A stretch of 63,948 bases of DNA, counting the filler, from Lama guanicoe (lineage: Eukaryota): assembly GCA_013239625.1 (NCBI GenBank). It is 210 parts of 210 records of this genome, joined end to end, with 100 filler letters (N's around TTAATTAATTAA, not from the genome) between each part and the next. Parts side by side here need not be neighbours in the genome. Positions count along the whole stretch, not along the records: positions 62,219 to 62,423 come from PNXV01033320.1; positions 62,524 to 62,728 come from PNXV01033321.1; positions 62,829 to 63,033 come from PNXV01033322.1; positions 63,134 to 63,338 come from PNXV01033323.1; positions 63,439 to 63,643 come from PNXV01033324.1; positions 63,744 to 63,948 come from PNXV01033325.1; 204 more parts are not named here. One strand, 5' to 3'. The position numbers and the translations under genes were made by a program. Within the stretch, counting starts at the first letter, position 1. Every line of letters begins with the position of its first letter. The notes beneath the pieces were generated by a model, which was not told the origin of the DNA, made no database searches, and was given only the letters and a program-made list of their open reading frames with translations. Positions 62,321-63,948 of the stretch are shown here, piece by piece.

Positions 62321-62423
62321 CCTCCTCCACATCCTCCTCCTCCTCCATCTCCTCCACCACCTCCTCCTCCTCCAAATCCTCCTCCTCCACCACCTCCTCC
62401 TCCTCCTCCTCCTCCTCCTCCTC
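62321..62423. repeat. (CCT)n trinucleotide repeat with CCA interruptions
   Basis: cctcctcc.. runs to the contig end; the poly-Pro ORF is incidental. Confidence 0.93.
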
Positions 62424-63133
62424 NNNNNNNNNNNNNNNNNNNNNNNNNNNNNNNNNNNNNNNNNNNNTTAATTAATTAANNNNNNNNNNNNNNNNNNNNN
62501 NNNNNNNNNNNNNNNNNNNNNNNATCATGATGTCAGCATCATGCTAACCAGGGCATGTGTGGAATGGTTCCCGTCTCCTGATAGACTGAAGCCAATTTCC
62601 TTGTTTCTGACTCAAAATTCCTCCCAATTTGACCCATGATTATCCCCATAGGTACATTACAACTGAGTCCTGAGTCTGATTTGTTAAACAGAATAAACGG
62701 ATCTAACTGTAAAAGCTGGAAATCATTANNNNNNNNNNNNNNNNNNNNNNNNNNNNNNNNNNNNNNNNNNNNTTAATTAATTAANNNNNNNNNNNNNNNN
62801 NNNNNNNNNNNNNNNNNNNNNNNNNNNNGTTGAATATTAATTTCCTACTAAAGAAATATAATTATTATTTTTTTAATACTAGAAGCCTGATGTTGTCCTA
62901 AAAGATCACTTTACCTTTGTCCCTGTGAGGAACCAGAAGAAGAAATTGTGAACAAGTACCAGTGTGCTTCTGAGAGCCCCCAAAGGTTTGGTTCCTTCCT
63001 GCAGTTACAAGAGTTCTAATGTGTTGCAGGAGTNNNNNNNNNNNNNNNNNNNNNNNNNNNNNNNNNNNNNNNNNNNNTTAATTAATTAANNNNNNNNNNN
63101 NNNNNNNNNNNNNNNNNNNNNNNNNNNNNNNNN

Positions 63134-63338
63134 TGAGCATGTGGAGAGACAGACGTTCGTTCACCTAGCACAAAAGGAACGGTTCACAGAAGAAACATTT
63201 AGTCTGTTTTCTCTGTCTGTTTCCTAGTGCTGATTTGAGGTTCCGGCAGTTTTCACTGTAAACCAGGTTGGAGATAGTACTTCCCCTTATATATATATGT
63301 AGTGTAGTTTGCAACTGAAAAGAAATTTTGTGTTCCCA
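63134..63338. repeat. ~250-bp satellite family, copy 4 (opposite orientation)
   Basis: gtttgcaactgaaaagaa at 63307-63324 is the exact reverse complement of 57141-57158; flanks align to copies 1-3. Confidence 0.88.
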
Positions 63339-63948
63339 NNNNNNNNNNNNNNNNNNNNNNNNNNNNNNNNNNNNNNNNNNNNTTAATTAATTAANNNNNN
63401 NNNNNNNNNNNNNNNNNNNNNNNNNNNNNNNNNNNNNNCAATGTTCCAGAGCCAAGGAATATAATAATGAGCAAGACAAAAATGATTTCAGCCCTCTCAA
63501 AACTTGCAGTCAAGTGAGGGATGCAGGTAATTAAACACAGTCTTGACTGTGTAGCGTTATCAAGGTTGTACTAGGGAAGTCCAGGGGGCAGAAAGAGCAC
63601 ATAAGAAACCTCAGGAAACCAGCGGGAGAAGCCTGGGTATTATNNNNNNNNNNNNNNNNNNNNNNNNNNNNNNNNNNNNNNNNNNNNTTAATTAATTAAN
63701 NNNNNNNNNNNNNNNNNNNNNNNNNNNNNNNNNNNNNNNNNNNCAATGTTCCAGAGCCAAGGAATATAATAATGAGCAAGACAAAAATGATTCCAGCCCT
63801 CTCAAAACTTGCAGTCAAGTGAGGGATACAGGTAATTAAACACAGTCTTGACTGCGTAGCGTTATCAAGGGTGTACTAGGGAAGTCCAGGGGGCAGAAGG
63901 AGCACATAAGAAACCTCAGGAAACCAGCGGGAGAAGCCTGGGTATTAT

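Noticed and set aside
62282..62479. Poly-proline ORF (extensin- or formin-like)
   Set aside because: Translation of a (CCT)n microsatellite with AT-rich non-coding sequence upstream.

Overview
This window is not contiguous genomic DNA. It is an artificial concatenation of 210 tiny unplaced contigs (208 of 205 bp, two of 204 bp), joined by 209 identical 100-nt linkers (N44-TTAATTAATTAA-N44, stops in all six frames). Neighbouring contigs are unlinked, so no multi-gene system can be inferred, and almost all supplied ORFs are artefacts that run into the linker. The content is placental mammal, and the LINE-1 3' ends suggest a cetartiodactyl, probably a camelid (inference from recalled repeat consensus sequences). 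Recognisable pieces, most not shown by the ORF track: the RPL15 C-terminus, RBM3 and CDK16 processed pseudogenes, an OR6C-like olfactory receptor fragment, a RALGDS exon end, an open betaretroviral Gag fragment with a PPxY motif, a betaretroviral integrase C-terminus with an env-type splice acceptor, many L1/MaLR/ERV/DNA-transposon fragments, and several tandem repeats. Cross-contig reading shows (i) a ~250-bp satellite monomer reconstructable from four circularly permuted contigs, (ii) five assembly-bubble pairs that all share exactly 49 identical bases at both ends, and (iii) L1 copies with a strong AT-to-GC skew. I found no supportable novel biological system. All family names come from recall, not from database searches.
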